From: Macrostomum hystrix
Taxonomy: Eukaryota; Animalia; Platyhelminthes
DNA: 64,000 bases
Direction: 5' to 3'
Assembly: GCA_950097015.1 (NCBI GenBank)
Contig: CATNEN010000038.1
Coordinates: 23,126,001-23,190,000 of the forward strand
Below the pieces are notes generated by a model that was not told the origin of the DNA, did not search any database, and saw only the letters and a program-made list of their open reading frames with translations. Of this stretch, positions 51,423 through 63,699 are shown piece by piece; positions within the stretch are counted from its first letter, which is position 1; every line of letters starts with the position of its first letter. A program made the translations under genes and the position numbers.

Positions 51423-51844
51423 TTTAGCCTTAGTCCTCTCCATTGGCTTTTAGCCCCCTCTACCCCTGGGCTCCGCTGATTGGCCGTTACCCCCCCCCCT
51501 ATCCCTGGCTTCGATAATTCGCTTTTACCCCCTCAACCCCTGGGCTCCGCTGATTGGCCTTTATCCCTTCAACCCCCCGGGGCTTCGCTGATGGGCATTT
51601 CGCCGCTTTATCCCTGGGTTCTTGCCCGTTTTCTTTATTCGGTATTTGTGTGGTTTGGTTTTAACTGAAGTTATCTATTATAAGTGGTGCTGCCTAAAAA
51701 TAATCTGCTTCATCGTAATTTAGCCGACGACATCCTCATTTTGTTGAGGGAAAAGTACACTTTAGCCAAATCTTCAACAGCATATGACTTCTAATTTAAG
51801 TGCAATATTGAACATAGGATATATTGTACGTATTTCATATGAAA

Positions 51845-52520
51845 ACCCTGAGACTCTAGAACCCTGACACCTCATTGAACCCTGACACCCCATTGAACCC
51901 TGACACCCCATAGAACCCCCTGACACCGTATAGAACCCTGATACCCCATAGAACCCTGACACACCATAGAACCCTGACACACCATAGAACCCTGACACCC
52001 CATAGAACCCTGACACCCTATAGAACCCTGACACACCATAGAACCCTGACACACCATAGAACCCTGACACCCCATAGAACCCTGACACCCCATAGAACCC
52101 TGACACCCTATAGAACCCTGACACCCCATAGAACCCTGACACCCTATAGAACCCTGACACCCTATAGAACCCTGACACCCCATAGAACCCTGACACCCTA
52201 TAGAACCCTGACACACCATAGAACCCTGACACACCATAGAACCCTGACACCCCATAGAACCCTGACACCCTATAGAACCCTGACACCCCATAGAACCCTG
52301 ACACCCCATAGAACCCTGACACACCATAGAACCCTGACACACCATAGAACCCTGACACCCCATAGAACCCTGACACCCTATAGAACCCTGACACACCATA
52401 GAACCCTGACACCCCATAGAACCCTGACACCCCATAGAACCCTGACACACCATAGAACCCTGACACCCCATAGAACCCTGACACACCATAGAACCCTGAC
52501 ACACCATAGAACCATGACAT
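51845..52520. repeat. 18-bp minisatellite catagaaccctgacaccc, ~37 copies
   Basis: Direct reading. Confidence 0.95.
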
Positions 52521-52643
52521 CATGAATAAACAATGACAAACTATTGATCAGTAAGAAAAAAAGTAGAGGAAAAATGTACCGCTGTTTCAGTTTCTTTAAA
52601 TCCATCTTAAAAAAATAATTCCATCACTGAGTGCCAAAAGCAA

Positions 52644-55600
52644 ATGAAAGCTTTTCACTCAAAAATACCAAGCGAGGCACCGACCTCTCATCAGCTAAGG
52701 GCTGCAGCTCGATCTCTCGGACTCAATCTGCCAGATAATCAGCTAGGCGATTACCGCAGCCTCGTTGCTTCCTTCTTAGCCGCCTTTCGCGAGGTAGAAT
52801 CTCGCTCAGCAGCGGCGTCGACTGACAAGACTGCGGGCGACAACGACTCTCCCGGATCTGGCATTGTCGGGCGACATTTTTGGCGTCCCAAGACTAACCC
52901 GGGCAACGCGTGGGTCACGCAGTGCCAAATCTCGTCGCCAACTGTCGGCTTTGTTGGGCCGTTGTCCGGCAAACGAGTGGTTGTCAAGGACAACATCGCT
53001 GTTGCCGGCCTGCCAATGACCTGCGGCTCGAAGCTGCTACGCGATGCCGTACCCGACTCGGATGCTTCGGTTGTGAGTCGGGTGCTCAAAGCTGGCGCAG
53101 AGGTTGTTGGCAAAGCCACCTGCGAAGAGTTTTGCTTCAGGTGGGTCACTGCAGCTGATCTACCAATTCTCTGCTGAGCCAGCCCATGACCAACGAACTC
53201 AAATGACCCACGAACTCAAATGACCCATGAACTCAAAGGAACCACGAACTCAGATGACCCACGAACTCAGATGACCCATGAACTCAGATGACCCACGAAC
53301 TCAGATGACCCACGAACTCAAATGACCCACGAACTCAAATGACCCATGAACTCAAATGACTCACGAACTCAGATGACCCACGAACTCAGATGACCCACGA
53401 ACTCAGATGACCCACAAACTCAAATGACCCATGAACTCAGATGACCCACGAACTCAAATGACCCATGAACTCAAATGACTCACGAACTCAGATGACCCAC
53501 AAACTCAGATGGCCCACAAACTCAAATGACCCATGAACTCAAATGACTCACGAACTCAGATGACCCACGAACTCAAATGACCCATGAACTCAAATGACCC
53601 ACGAACTCAAATGACCCACGAACTCAAATGACCCACGAACTCAGATGACCCACGAACTCAAATGACCCACGAACTCAAATGACCCACGAACTCAAATGAC
53701 CCATTAACTCAAATGACTCACGAACTCAGATGACCCACGAACTCAAATGACCCATGAACTCAGATGACCCACGAACTCAAATGACCCACGAATTTCAGAT
53801 GACCCACGAACTCAAATGACTCACGAACTCAGATGACCCACGAACTCAAATGACCCATGAACTCAAATGACCAACTAACTCAAGTGACTCGACCCACGAC
53901 CTACGAATTCAAATGACTTAAATTATGACGCGGGAACTCAAATGAACTGCCTTATTACAAAAAGATAGATTTTCCTATCTGTCACTCTTCCCATTCCTAT
54001 TTTCAGTCTTCCCATTCCCATCCCCTATCCCAGACTCGAATCCTAAATTCTTAAACTGCTCCCACAGCGGCGGCAGTCACACGGGCTACCCGGGCCCTGT
54101 GCCGAATCCCTACAATGTCAGCTTGACAGCCGGCGGTTCCAGCTCCGGCTGCGGCTATTTACTCGCCATCGGCGAAGCCGATTCCGGTGATGGCAACAAC
54201 GGCGACGCTGCTAGTAGAGTCGACCTCGCCCTGGCCACCGACCAAGGCGGATCGGTGCGCACCCCGGCAGCCTGGTGCGGTGTGGTCGGCCTGAAGCCGA
54301 GCTTCGGCCTGGTGCCCTACACTGGCGCCGTGTCCATGTGCCGCCGGTTAGATCATATCGGCGTGATGGCCAGGACTGTGTCGGACGCCGCACTACTGCT
54401 TGAGGCTGTCGCTGGACCAGACGGATTAGATGGACGGCAGTTTGACATCGAGGACGAAACGCTGATGAAGGCTCTACCGTCGACGCAGCTGACGGGTGAT
54501 TTGACAAAGTACCGGTAGGGGCGATAATATTTTTTACTTTACTTGACTTTTCATTACACTCTACTTTCAGTAGATCGTACGTACTTCAAACATCGCAAAT
54601 TTTTCAGCTTAAAACGGCCCTTTTGTGGTGCACCAAAACTTGTTACTCTATGTATATATACTCTTCCTTCTAATGCCAGCCAGCGAAGAGCTAATTATGC
54701 CCTTTCCGTTGATTCTTTGATTCAAGGAGACGTTGTAGAACGTAAAAGATAAAAACGGCCCTTTTCAGGTCCACCACATGAGTTTATAGTTTTCTACTCG
54801 TCTTTCTAAACACAGATTTGCTGTTCTAGCCGAGGGCTTCACCGGCAAAGACGCCGAAGTTGATGCCGCAGTACGTCACGCGGCTAGTCGAATTGTTCAA
54901 GCCTCCAGGGGCATCAGCTGCGAAGAAGAAAAGTCTGTGCCAGTTGTATCAGCTTCAGGGCACAAGCGGGCGCACCGATTTGTCAGCTGTTTAGCTTTAT
55001 TGGAGGGTTTCGGTAGGCTTCTCAGCGTTACTATTGTCACTCATATTCCCATTGTCACTCTTCCAGTTCCCATTGTCACTCTGCCTATTCCCATTGTCAC
55101 TCTTCCCTTCCGAATTGTCACTCTCCCCTTCCTAAATTTCACTCTTCCCATCCCAATTGTCACTCTCCCCTTCCGAATTTTCACTCTTACTATCTTCATT
55201 GTCACTCTCCCCTTCCGAAATGTAGCTCTTCCCATCCCCATTGACACTCTTCCCATCCCCATTGTCACTCTTCCCATCCCCATTGTCACTCTTCCCATCC
55301 CCATTGTCACTCTCCCCATCCCCATTGTCACTCTCCCCATCCCCATTGTCACTCTCCCCATCCCCATTGTCACTCTCCCCATCTCCATTGTCACTCTCCC
55401 CATCCCCATTGTCACTCTTCCCATCCCCATTGTCACTCTTCCCATCCCCATTGTCACTCTCCCCATCCCCATTGTCACTCTCCCCATCCCCATTGTCACT
55501 CTCCCCATCCCCATTGTCACTCTTCCCATCCCCATTGTCACTCTCAATTGCCTCCTCGCCTCCATTCGCCAGAGCAGCGCCGCTGTTCCTCTCCAGGCCA

Positions 55601-56060
55601 GGAGGTCCGCATGCCGAGCCGCTGGCCGACCAACGCCGCCGCCTCCTTGGCCGCCTTCGCCCTCGATGTCCCGTCGCGTCGCCGACTGGCCAATCTTTGC
55701 GTCGACTTTGCCAATCAGCTTCGTCTAGACTATGACTCCGCGTTTGACATCGGCGTCAACGATGAGAAAATCGACTTTCTACTCATGCCAACGCTACCCT
55801 ATCGTCCGCCGTCACTGCCATCAACTTCGGCCACCGTCGGAGCGACTTTCGCCGCCGCATTCGGCATGATGAGCAACACTCAGCCATTCTGCGCTACAGG
55901 GCATCCGGCGGTCAGCGTCAACTGCGGCTCCGTCGATGGCAGAGAAGACGGTAGAAGACTGCCAGTCGGCCTCATGCTGGTTGGCCGACGATTCGACGAT
56001 TGGCGGCTGATGGACGCGGCGCATGGCGTTGAGCAGCTGCTGGGACGGTTCCGGCCATAG
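52644..56060 (+). CDS. Amidase-signature family amidase (CX3C subgroup-like), 4 exons
   Basis: Exons 52644-53140, 54068-54514, 54816-55012 and 55573(or 55597)-56060 are phase-consistent. Catalytic VKDNI, GGSSSG and [24 protein letters not shown], plus C-terminal LPVGLMLVG, are present. Confidence 0.92.
53186..53945. repeat. 17-bp minisatellite tgacccacgaactcaaa, ~42 copies (amidase intron 1)
   Basis: Direct reading. Confidence 0.95.
55030..55545. repeat. 21-bp minisatellite ccattgtcactctccccatcc, ~24 copies (amidase intron 3)
   Basis: Direct reading; it lies between donor 55013 and acceptor ~55572. Confidence 0.93.
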
Positions 56061-56421
56061 ACTATTTTCCTACTCCATCCCCAAATCCTCGAATTTACTT
56101 TCTAGATTTAAGTTTTTTTAATTATGATTGTATGATGATTTTGCGTTCCATTAACAAATCTGAGGTGTTTAACTATCGCTTAATTAGTTGGTGAAGTAAT
56201 TAAAATACGCTAAAAAGAAAACTTTCATTAGTTAAAAAGCAAAATATAGAGTTCTAGCTCGTATTTTCTGTTGAAATTCTTTGTAAAAACAAAATGAACG
56301 TAGTTATTCGAACAATTTTATTTATTATTGCAGTATGTATTCGCACAGGTAAGTTCTACTTTATAGCAGTGAAACGCGAATATTTGTTTCATTAACAAGA
56401 ATATTACTTAACATTTGCGTA

Positions 56422-56793
56422 TTAACTATTGCGTATTATCTCCTTGCTGTTATCGTCTCCAAGCATTTCGTCCGAAGGGATTGAGACTGGTGTTGTGGTG
56501 GTTGAAGAAGCAGGCGAAATCACGTGATCTTGCTGCAGATTCTGTACAGCTTTCAGTTGCTCTGCAGCAGATGCGCCAGTCAACGATTGAACTTTTAAGA
56601 CGACCAAATCCAGAATTTCTGCTTTCTCCAGCTTGTCAAACGGTTGCCTCTGTTGGCCGGACTGGTGTTGCAGAAGCAGCAGATCTTTCAGCCGGTCCAG
56701 GCTGGCGTTAATGCGACACCGACGCTGACGTTCCATCAGCTGCTTGACTTTTCGGCGCGAGCTCACGTTCAGAGTAGTCGGCTTATCACACAT
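56422..56793 (-). CDS. Atypical Hairy/E(spl) (Hes)-like bHLH protein, ~123 aa, intronless
   Basis: SSRRKVKQLMERQRRCRINASLDRLKDLL...KLEKAEILDLVV is the group-E bHLH pattern. ATG at 56793 lies downstream of a TATA box, and AATAAA occurs near 56322 on the minus strand. Confidence 0.82.
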   Translation of the reverse strand: MCDKPTTLNVSSRRKVKQLMERQRRCRINASLDRLKDLLLLQHQSGQQRQPFDKLEKAEILDLVVLKVQSLTGASAAEQLKAVQNLQQDHVISPASSTTTTPVSIPSDEMLGDDNSKEIIRNS

Positions 56794-56834
56794 CTTTAAG
56801 GACTTGTTTGTAATGAAATACGAATATGAAAAGC

Positions 56835-56932
56835 ATGCATTCCCGCCCATTTCCCGTGTTATTTTATAGTGCTTGGGTGAGCCAGCCAATAGAAAGACAG
56901 CCCCTTTTCCGCAATCTGTTCCACCATTGGTT
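56835..56932 (-). promoter_or_regulatory. Putative core promoter of the Hes-like gene (TATA, two CCAAT boxes, E2F-like site)
   Basis: TATAAAA on the minus strand at ~56862-56868, CCAAT at 56886 (+) and ~56926 (-), and TTCCCGCC at 56840. Motif matches only. Confidence 0.45.
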
Positions 56933-57592
56933 GAACCATGTAGCTCTGATTCTAGAAACTGGATAGTCAATTCCCTGCACCCGAAAATACACTGAGGAAA
57001 AACACTGATAAGTTCAGTATTGGGCAACAAAACATTTATCTAATGAGCTGTGCTTAAAGGAAATTTTAGAAATAAAAAATTGCAATTTACCAGTGCACAA
57101 CCTTACAAAGTTGTGATGCATTTAAACGTTTTAATAATTATTTTAGCAAAATGAACGCTTGTAGCTTAAATTATAGAAAACATCATTAACTATTGAATGA
57201 ACTATTAAACTTAATTCGTGTACAATTGATCAGCATGTCACCCGAATGTGCCTGCATCATCTCCGTCTTCGGTGGTCAACCGTCTTCAGATGGACTGCTG
57301 GACCTTCAACGGCTACAACAGGTGGAAATAGGCCACTATGGACACCCTGATTTCACTACTTAAGCCTAAATATTAGGCGCAGCTCAACCACAGGACACCA
57401 TCGCCAAGTCTGTCAACCAATCAGTCACCACCCAACGATTTTAGCATTCGGGCGCTGCCAAAAATGTTTTTCAGCGGAAAAAGTTGGTATACAAATTGGC
57501 TTTGTAGTCCTACTGTTGAACTCATTTTTAAGGACAGCTCATTAGCTAAAACAGGTAGACCCGAATTTATTCAGATTTCTGATACAACAAAC

Positions 57593-59132
57593 ATGAGGCA
57601 GGGAACAGATGAGACAGGGGAGAGATGAGACAGGGGAGAGATGAGACAGGGAACAGATGAGACAGGGGAGAGATGAGACAGGGGAGAGATGAGACAGGGG
57701 AGAGATGAGACAGGGAACAGATGAGACAGGGGAGAGATGAGACAGGGGAGAGATGAGACAGGGGAGAGATGAGACGGAACAGATGAGACAGGGGAGAGAT
57801 GAGACAGGGGAGAGATGAGACAGGGAACAGATGAGACAGGGGAGAGATGAGACAGGGGAGAGATGAGACAGGGAACAGATGAGACAGGGGAGAGATGAGA
57901 CAGGGGAGAGATGAGACAGGGGAGAGATGAGACAGGGAACAGATGAGACAGGGGAGAGATGAGACAGGGGAGAGATGAGACAGGGGAGAGATGAGACGGA
58001 ACAGATGAGACAGGGGAGAGATGAGACAGGGGAGAGATGAGACAGGGGAGAGATGAGACAGGGAACAGATGAGACAGGGGAGAGATGAGACAGGGGAGAG
58101 ATGAGACAGGGAACAGATGAGACAGGGGAGAGATGAGACAGGGAACAGATGAGACAGGGAACAGATGAGACAGGGGAGAGATGAGACAGGGAACAGATGA
58201 GACAAGGGAGAGAGGAGACAGGGAACAGATGAGACAGGGGAGAGATGAGGCAGGGAACAGATGAGACAGGGGAGAGATGAGGCAGGGAACAGATGAGACA
58301 GGGGAGAGATGAGGCAGGGAACAGATGAGACAGGGAACAGATGAGACAGGGGAGAGATAAGGCAGGGAACAAATGAGACAGGGAACAGATGAGGCAGGGA
58401 ACAGATGAGACAGGGGAGAGATGAGGCAGGGAACAGATGAGACAGGGAACAGATGAGACAGGGGAGAGATAAGGCAGGGAACAGATGAGACAGGGGAGAG
58501 ATAAGGCAGGGAACAGATGAGACAGGGAACAGATGAGACAGGGGAGAGATAAGGCAGGGAACAGATGAGACAGGGGAGAGATGAGGCAGGGAACAGATGA
58601 GACAGGGAACAGATGAGACAGGGAACAAATGAGACAAGGGAGAGATGAGACAGGGAACAAATGAGACAAGGGAGAGATGAGACAGGGAACAGATGAGACA
58701 GGGAACAGATGAGACAGGGGAGAGATGAGGCAGGGAACAGATGAGACAGGGAACAGATGAGACAGGGAACAAATGAGACAAGGGAGAGAGGAGACAGGGA
58801 ACAGATGAGACAGGAAACAGATGAGACAGGGGAGAGAGGAGACAGGGAACAGATGAGACAGGGAACAGATGAGACAGGGGAGAGATGAGGCAGGGAACAG
58901 ATGAGACAGGGAACAAATGAGACAAGGGAGAGATGAGACAGGGAACAGATGAGACAGGAAACAGATGAGACAGGGGAGAGAGGAGACAGGGAACAGATGA
59001 GACAGGGAACAGATGAGACAGGGGAGAGATGAGGCAGGGAACAGATGAGACAGGGAACAAATGAGACAAGGGAGAGATGAGACAGGGAACAAATGAGACA
59101 AGGGAGAGATGAGACAGGGAACAGATGAGACA
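57593..59132. repeat. 16-bp purine-rich minisatellite (gagacaggggagagat / gagacagggaacagat), ~95 copies
   Basis: Direct reading. Confidence 0.95.
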
Positions 59133-59877
59133 TGGTTAGATCACACAGGGGAGAGATGAGACATGGTTAGATCACACAGGGGAGAGATAAGACATGGTTA
59201 GATCACACAGGGGAGAGATGAGACATGGTTAGATCACACAGGGGAGAGATAAGACATGGTTAGATCACACAGGGGAGAGATGAGACATGGTTAGATCACA
59301 CAGGGGAGAGATAAGACATGGTTAGATCACACAGGGGAGAGATAAGACATGGTTAGATCACACAGGGGAGAGATAAGACATGGTTAGATCACACAGGGGA
59401 GAGATGAGACATGGTTAGATCACACAGGGGAGAGATAAGACATGGTTAGATCACACAGGGGAGAGATAAGACATGGTTAGATCACACAGGGGAGAGATAA
59501 GACATGGTTAGATCACACAGGGGAGAGATAAGACATGGTTAGATCACACAGGGGAGAGATGAGACATGGTTAGATCACACAGGGGAGAGATAAGACATGG
59601 TTAGATCACACAGGGGAGAGATAAGACATGGTTAGATCACACAGGGGAGAGATAAGACATGGTTAGATCACACAGGGGAGAGATGAGGCATGGTTAGATC
59701 ACACAGGGGAGAGATAAGACATGGTTAGATCACACAGGGGAGAGATAAGACATGGTTAGATCACACAGGGGAGAGATGAGACATGGTTAGATCACACAGG
59801 GGAGAGATAAGACATGGTTAGATCACACAGGGGAGAGATAAGACATGGTTAGATCACACAGGGGAGATTTGAGACAG
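59128..59877. repeat. 31-bp minisatellite gagacatggttagatcacacaggggagagat, ~24 copies
   Basis: Direct reading; its second half derives from the adjacent 16-mer. Confidence 0.95.
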
Positions 59878-60280
59878 AGCAGAAAAGAGCTTCCCAACTT
59901 CTGCTTCAAATATTCTTGGCAGTAATGGCCCAGTAGTGTTTCTAAAAGCTTCTTTGTCTAAAGCACAACCAGGGCTCCTTTTAGTTAGTTTCGCATCCAG
60001 GGTGCCAGAGAAATATTTGTTTTCATTCCTCACCCCTTATTGGAATAGGACTGGTGTTATATTTTTTCTTTTGCGCGAGAGGAAAGCGGAAATGTATTGA
60101 CTCTTAATGTTCAACTTAGCACAGCTTTAGAGAAACTCACCTGACAAAAGGAATTCTACTGAGAGACATTCAGACATTAACCCTCTGTCCCTCCTAGGCG
60201 TTTCCCAGGGACCACCGCCGCTTCTGTGAAAATTCCTCAAATTTAAAATCTCTGTTATATTTTTACTCAGAAAAGTTTTA

Positions 60281-61550
60281 AGCTAGAGTAGAAGAAGCCA
60301 TAGCTAGAACCGCAGATAGAATCGCAGCTAGAACCGTAGCTAGAATCGCAGCTAGAACCGTAGATAGAATCGCAGCTAGAACCGCAGCTAGAACCGCAGC
60401 TAGAACCGTAGCTAGAATCGCAGCTAGAACCGTAGATAGAATCGCAGCTAGAATCGCAGCTAGAACCGTAGCTAGAATCGCAGCTAGAACCGTTGATAGA
60501 ATCGCAGCTAGAACCGTAGATAGAATCGCAGCTAGAACCACAGATAGAATCGCAGCTAGAACCGTAGCTAGAATCGCAGCTAGAACCGCAGATAGAATCG
60601 CAGCTAGAACCATAGATAGAACCGCAGCTAGAACCGCAGATAGAATCGCAGCTAGAATCGCAGATAGAACCGTAGATAGAATCGCAGCTAGAACCGTAGA
60701 TAGAATCGCAGCTAGAACCGCAGATAGAACCGCAGCAAGAACCGCAGATAGAACCGCAGCTAGAACTGCAGATAGAACCACAGATAGAATCGCAGCTAGA
60801 ACCGTAGATAGAATCGCAGCTAGAACCGCAGATAGAACCGCAGCTAGAACTGCAGATAGAATCGCAGCTAGAATCGCAGATAGAACCGTAGATAGAATCG
60901 CAGCTAGAACCGCAGATAGAACCGCAGCTAGAACCGTAGCTAGAATCGCAGCTAGAACCGCAGATAGAATCGCAGCTAGAACCATAGATAGAACCGCAAC
61001 TAGAACCGCAGATAGAATCGCAGCTAGAATCGCAGATAGAACCGTAGATAGAATCGCAGCTAGAACCGCAGATAGAATCGCAGCTAGAACCGCAGATAGA
61101 ACCGCAGCAAGAACCGCAGATAGAACCGCAGCTAGAACTGCAGATAGAACCACAGATAGAATCGCAGCTAGAACCGTAGATAGAATCGCAGCTAGAACCG
61201 CAGATAGAACCGCAGCTAGAACTGCAGATAGAATCGCAGCTAGAATCGCAGATAGAACCGTAGATAGAATCGCAGCTAGAACCGCAGATAGAACCGCAGC
61301 TAGAACTGCAGATAGAACCGCAGCAAGAACCGCAGATAGAACCGCAGATAGAATCGCAGCTAGAACTGCAGATAGAACCGCAGCTAGAACTGCAGATAGA
61401 ACCGTTGATAGAATCGCAGCTAGAACCACAGATAGAATCGCAGCTAGAACCGCAGATAGAATCGCAGCTAGAACCACAAATAGAATCGCAGCTAGAACTG
61501 CAAATAGAATCGCAGCTAGAACCGTAGATAGAATCGCAGCTAGAACTTTA
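60281..61550. repeat. 12-bp minisatellite gctagaatcgca / gatagaaccgca, ~105 copies
   Basis: Direct reading. Confidence 0.95.
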
Positions 61551-61984
61551 GATAAAACCCTTATACACATAGAAGAGATTAGAGATAAATTATAATAACT
61601 CATTGGAAAGTATACAAAAAATTTCTAAGCCCGGAAAAATAATCAACTGAAGGTGAAGAATTAATCACAAAATGCAACAAAAGCAGCATATCCTGAAGGC
61701 CATAAATTATCCCATTTTCATAGTCTTATTTGTATCACATACCGGAATAACTACAGGGATACATGTCTCTACTGTACACATTATCGAAATTTGAGACCAA
61801 CTTGATGGCCAGTCAGAGGGACTGTGCTGCTCTGTGACTGGCTTAGATATTTGGTTTCACGGACAACACATTTCCTCATTATTTATAGAGAACTTCTTAC
61901 GCATCCATTTAAAACTTTTTCGATACAATTAGAAAATGTAATTAGTATAAAAGAGAGAGGGAAGAGCGAGACTGGGCATAATCA

Positions 61985-62735
61985 GAGACGGGAGAGATTA
62001 GAGTGTGGAGAAATTACAGACTGGATAGATTAGAGACGGGATAGATTAGAGACGGGATAGATTAGAGACTGGATAGATTAGAGACGGGATAGATTAGAGA
62101 CTGGATAGATTAGAGACGGGATAGATTAGAGAATGTAGAGATTTCAGAGTGGAGAGATTAGAGAGTAGAGAGAGTGGAGAGATTAGAGAATGTAGAGATT
62201 TCAGAGTGGAGAGATTAGAGAGTAGAGAGAGTGGAGAGATTAGAGAGTAGAGAGATTAGAGAGTGGAGAGATTAGAGAGTGGAGAGATTAGAGAGTAGAG
62301 AGATTAGAGAGTGGAGAGATTAGAGACTGGAGAGATTAGAGAGTGGAGAGATTAGAGAGTGGAGAGATTAGAGAGTGGAGAGATTAGAGACTGGAGAGAT
62401 TAGAGAGTGGAGAGATTAGAGACTGGAGAGATTAGAGAGTGGAGAGATTAGAGACTGGAGAGATTAGAGACTGGAGAGATTAGAGAGTGGAGAGATTAGA
62501 GACTGGAGAGATTAGAGAGTGGAGAGATTAGAGAGTGGAGAGATTAGAGAGTGGAGAGATTAGAGACTGGAGAGATTAGAGAGTGGAGAGATTAGAGAGT
62601 GGAGAGATTAGAGACTGGAGAGATTAGAGAGTGGAGAGATTAGAGAGTGGAGAGATTAGAGAGTGGAGAGATTAGAGAGTGGAGAGATTAGAGACTGGAG
62701 AGATTAGAGAGTGGAGAGATTAGAGAGTGGAGAGA
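61985..62735. repeat. 16-bp purine-rich minisatellite gagagtggagagatta, ~45 copies
   Basis: Direct reading. Confidence 0.95.
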
Positions 62736-63158
62736 GCAAGAGCAGGAAAAATTGAAACCCGGTAAACAATTTCACAGATTCGGCAACTAACTTTGTTTCC
62801 GAATTGAGTGGAAAAATTCAAAGCAAGGTGCCTAGATGAGACAAATTTGAGTTGAAAACTGGAACAAAAACTAAAGAGTTAAATTTCTGCTTTTGACGTT
62901 ATCTTATCAACAGAACTGACTTTCTAGCCAGTTTAGTCGAGAATTTCTTGGCTTTCTTAAGAATCCGAGCTCATTTATCTGAAGCCACTCTTAGATTGCT
63001 GAGTCTGCAGTCCATGACACCAAATAAAGCATAGAAAAAAACAGCACATGATCTGTTTCAGCTGATATAGTTTGGTAGATCTTTTTCGACTATCGTGCTC
63101 AAATTTTAATCGTCTGCTGCTTAGAAGCTTTTGCAGAAGTGGTTTGCACATTTAGAAA

Positions 63159-63664
63159 ATGGCATCTAGTGCCCAGCTGCTGCTGCTGCTGCTGATGCTG
63201 ACATTGACTATTCAGCTCAGTCAACAGTTGAGCATAAGCAGAGATCAAAGACGTGAGTTGATTTATGTTCTATTCAAATTTAATTAATTAAAAGCTGTCT
63301 CATCCTGCTGACAAGGGTCATCTGACCCCGTAAAAAACTAAGGAGGTCAGTTGACCCCATTATGGAATAAGCTAAGAGAGGTCAACTGACCCCGCAATCT
63401 AATCATAGGCATGTTTCACACCGTCAATATTTATCCTCGAATCCATCGCCAGCTGTCTCGAGGTCGCGGAGAACCTACAGGCGAGTTGTCATCTCCGGTG
63501 GCAACCGCAGGGATGACCTCGGATTCGACTCTGACAGCCTTCCGGAATCCGAGGACTCCGGCGTCGAGGACTCGGACACGGGGTTCGGCGAGGGCGAACG
63601 CCCAGAGGTCAGCGGCGGACTCGACTGGAGTGTCGACATTGGCGACGGTGCCACTTCTTCAGAG
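63159..63664 (+). CDS. Putative secreted precursor (signal peptide, basic cleavage sites, acidic region); 3' end uncertain
   Basis: Exon 1 is 63159-63252 (MASSAQLLLLLLMLTLTIQLSQQLSISRDQR, donor C|gtgagt). Exon 2 starts at 63453 (ccag|CT, phase 1) and gives PVSRSRRTYRRVVISGGNRRDDLGFDSDSLPESEDSGVEDSDTGFGEGERPEV. It either splices near 63665-63675 or reads on to TAG at 63734-63736. Confidence 0.6.
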
Positions 63665-63699
63665 GTCCGACCGAGTGAATTGCCTTCACCAACCACTAT

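Noticed and set aside
51774-52523. GVSGFY / MGCQGS repeat ORFs resembling eggshell or structural proteins
   Set aside because: It is an 18-bp minisatellite open in two frames, with no signal peptide or splice context.
56794-57030. N-terminal extension of the Hes-like ORF in the track
   Set aside because: It starts at a non-ATG codon and runs through TATA/CCAAT motifs, so ATG 56793 is more plausible.
57542-59133. Three ~500-aa minus-strand ORFs
   Set aside because: The pyrimidine-rich 16-bp repeat lacks stops in all three frames, and there is no gene context.
60278-61603. 441-aa hydrophobic ORF (AILSAVLA)n
   Set aside because: It is the translation of a 12-bp minisatellite, the opposite strand also has an open frame, and there is no other coding evidence.
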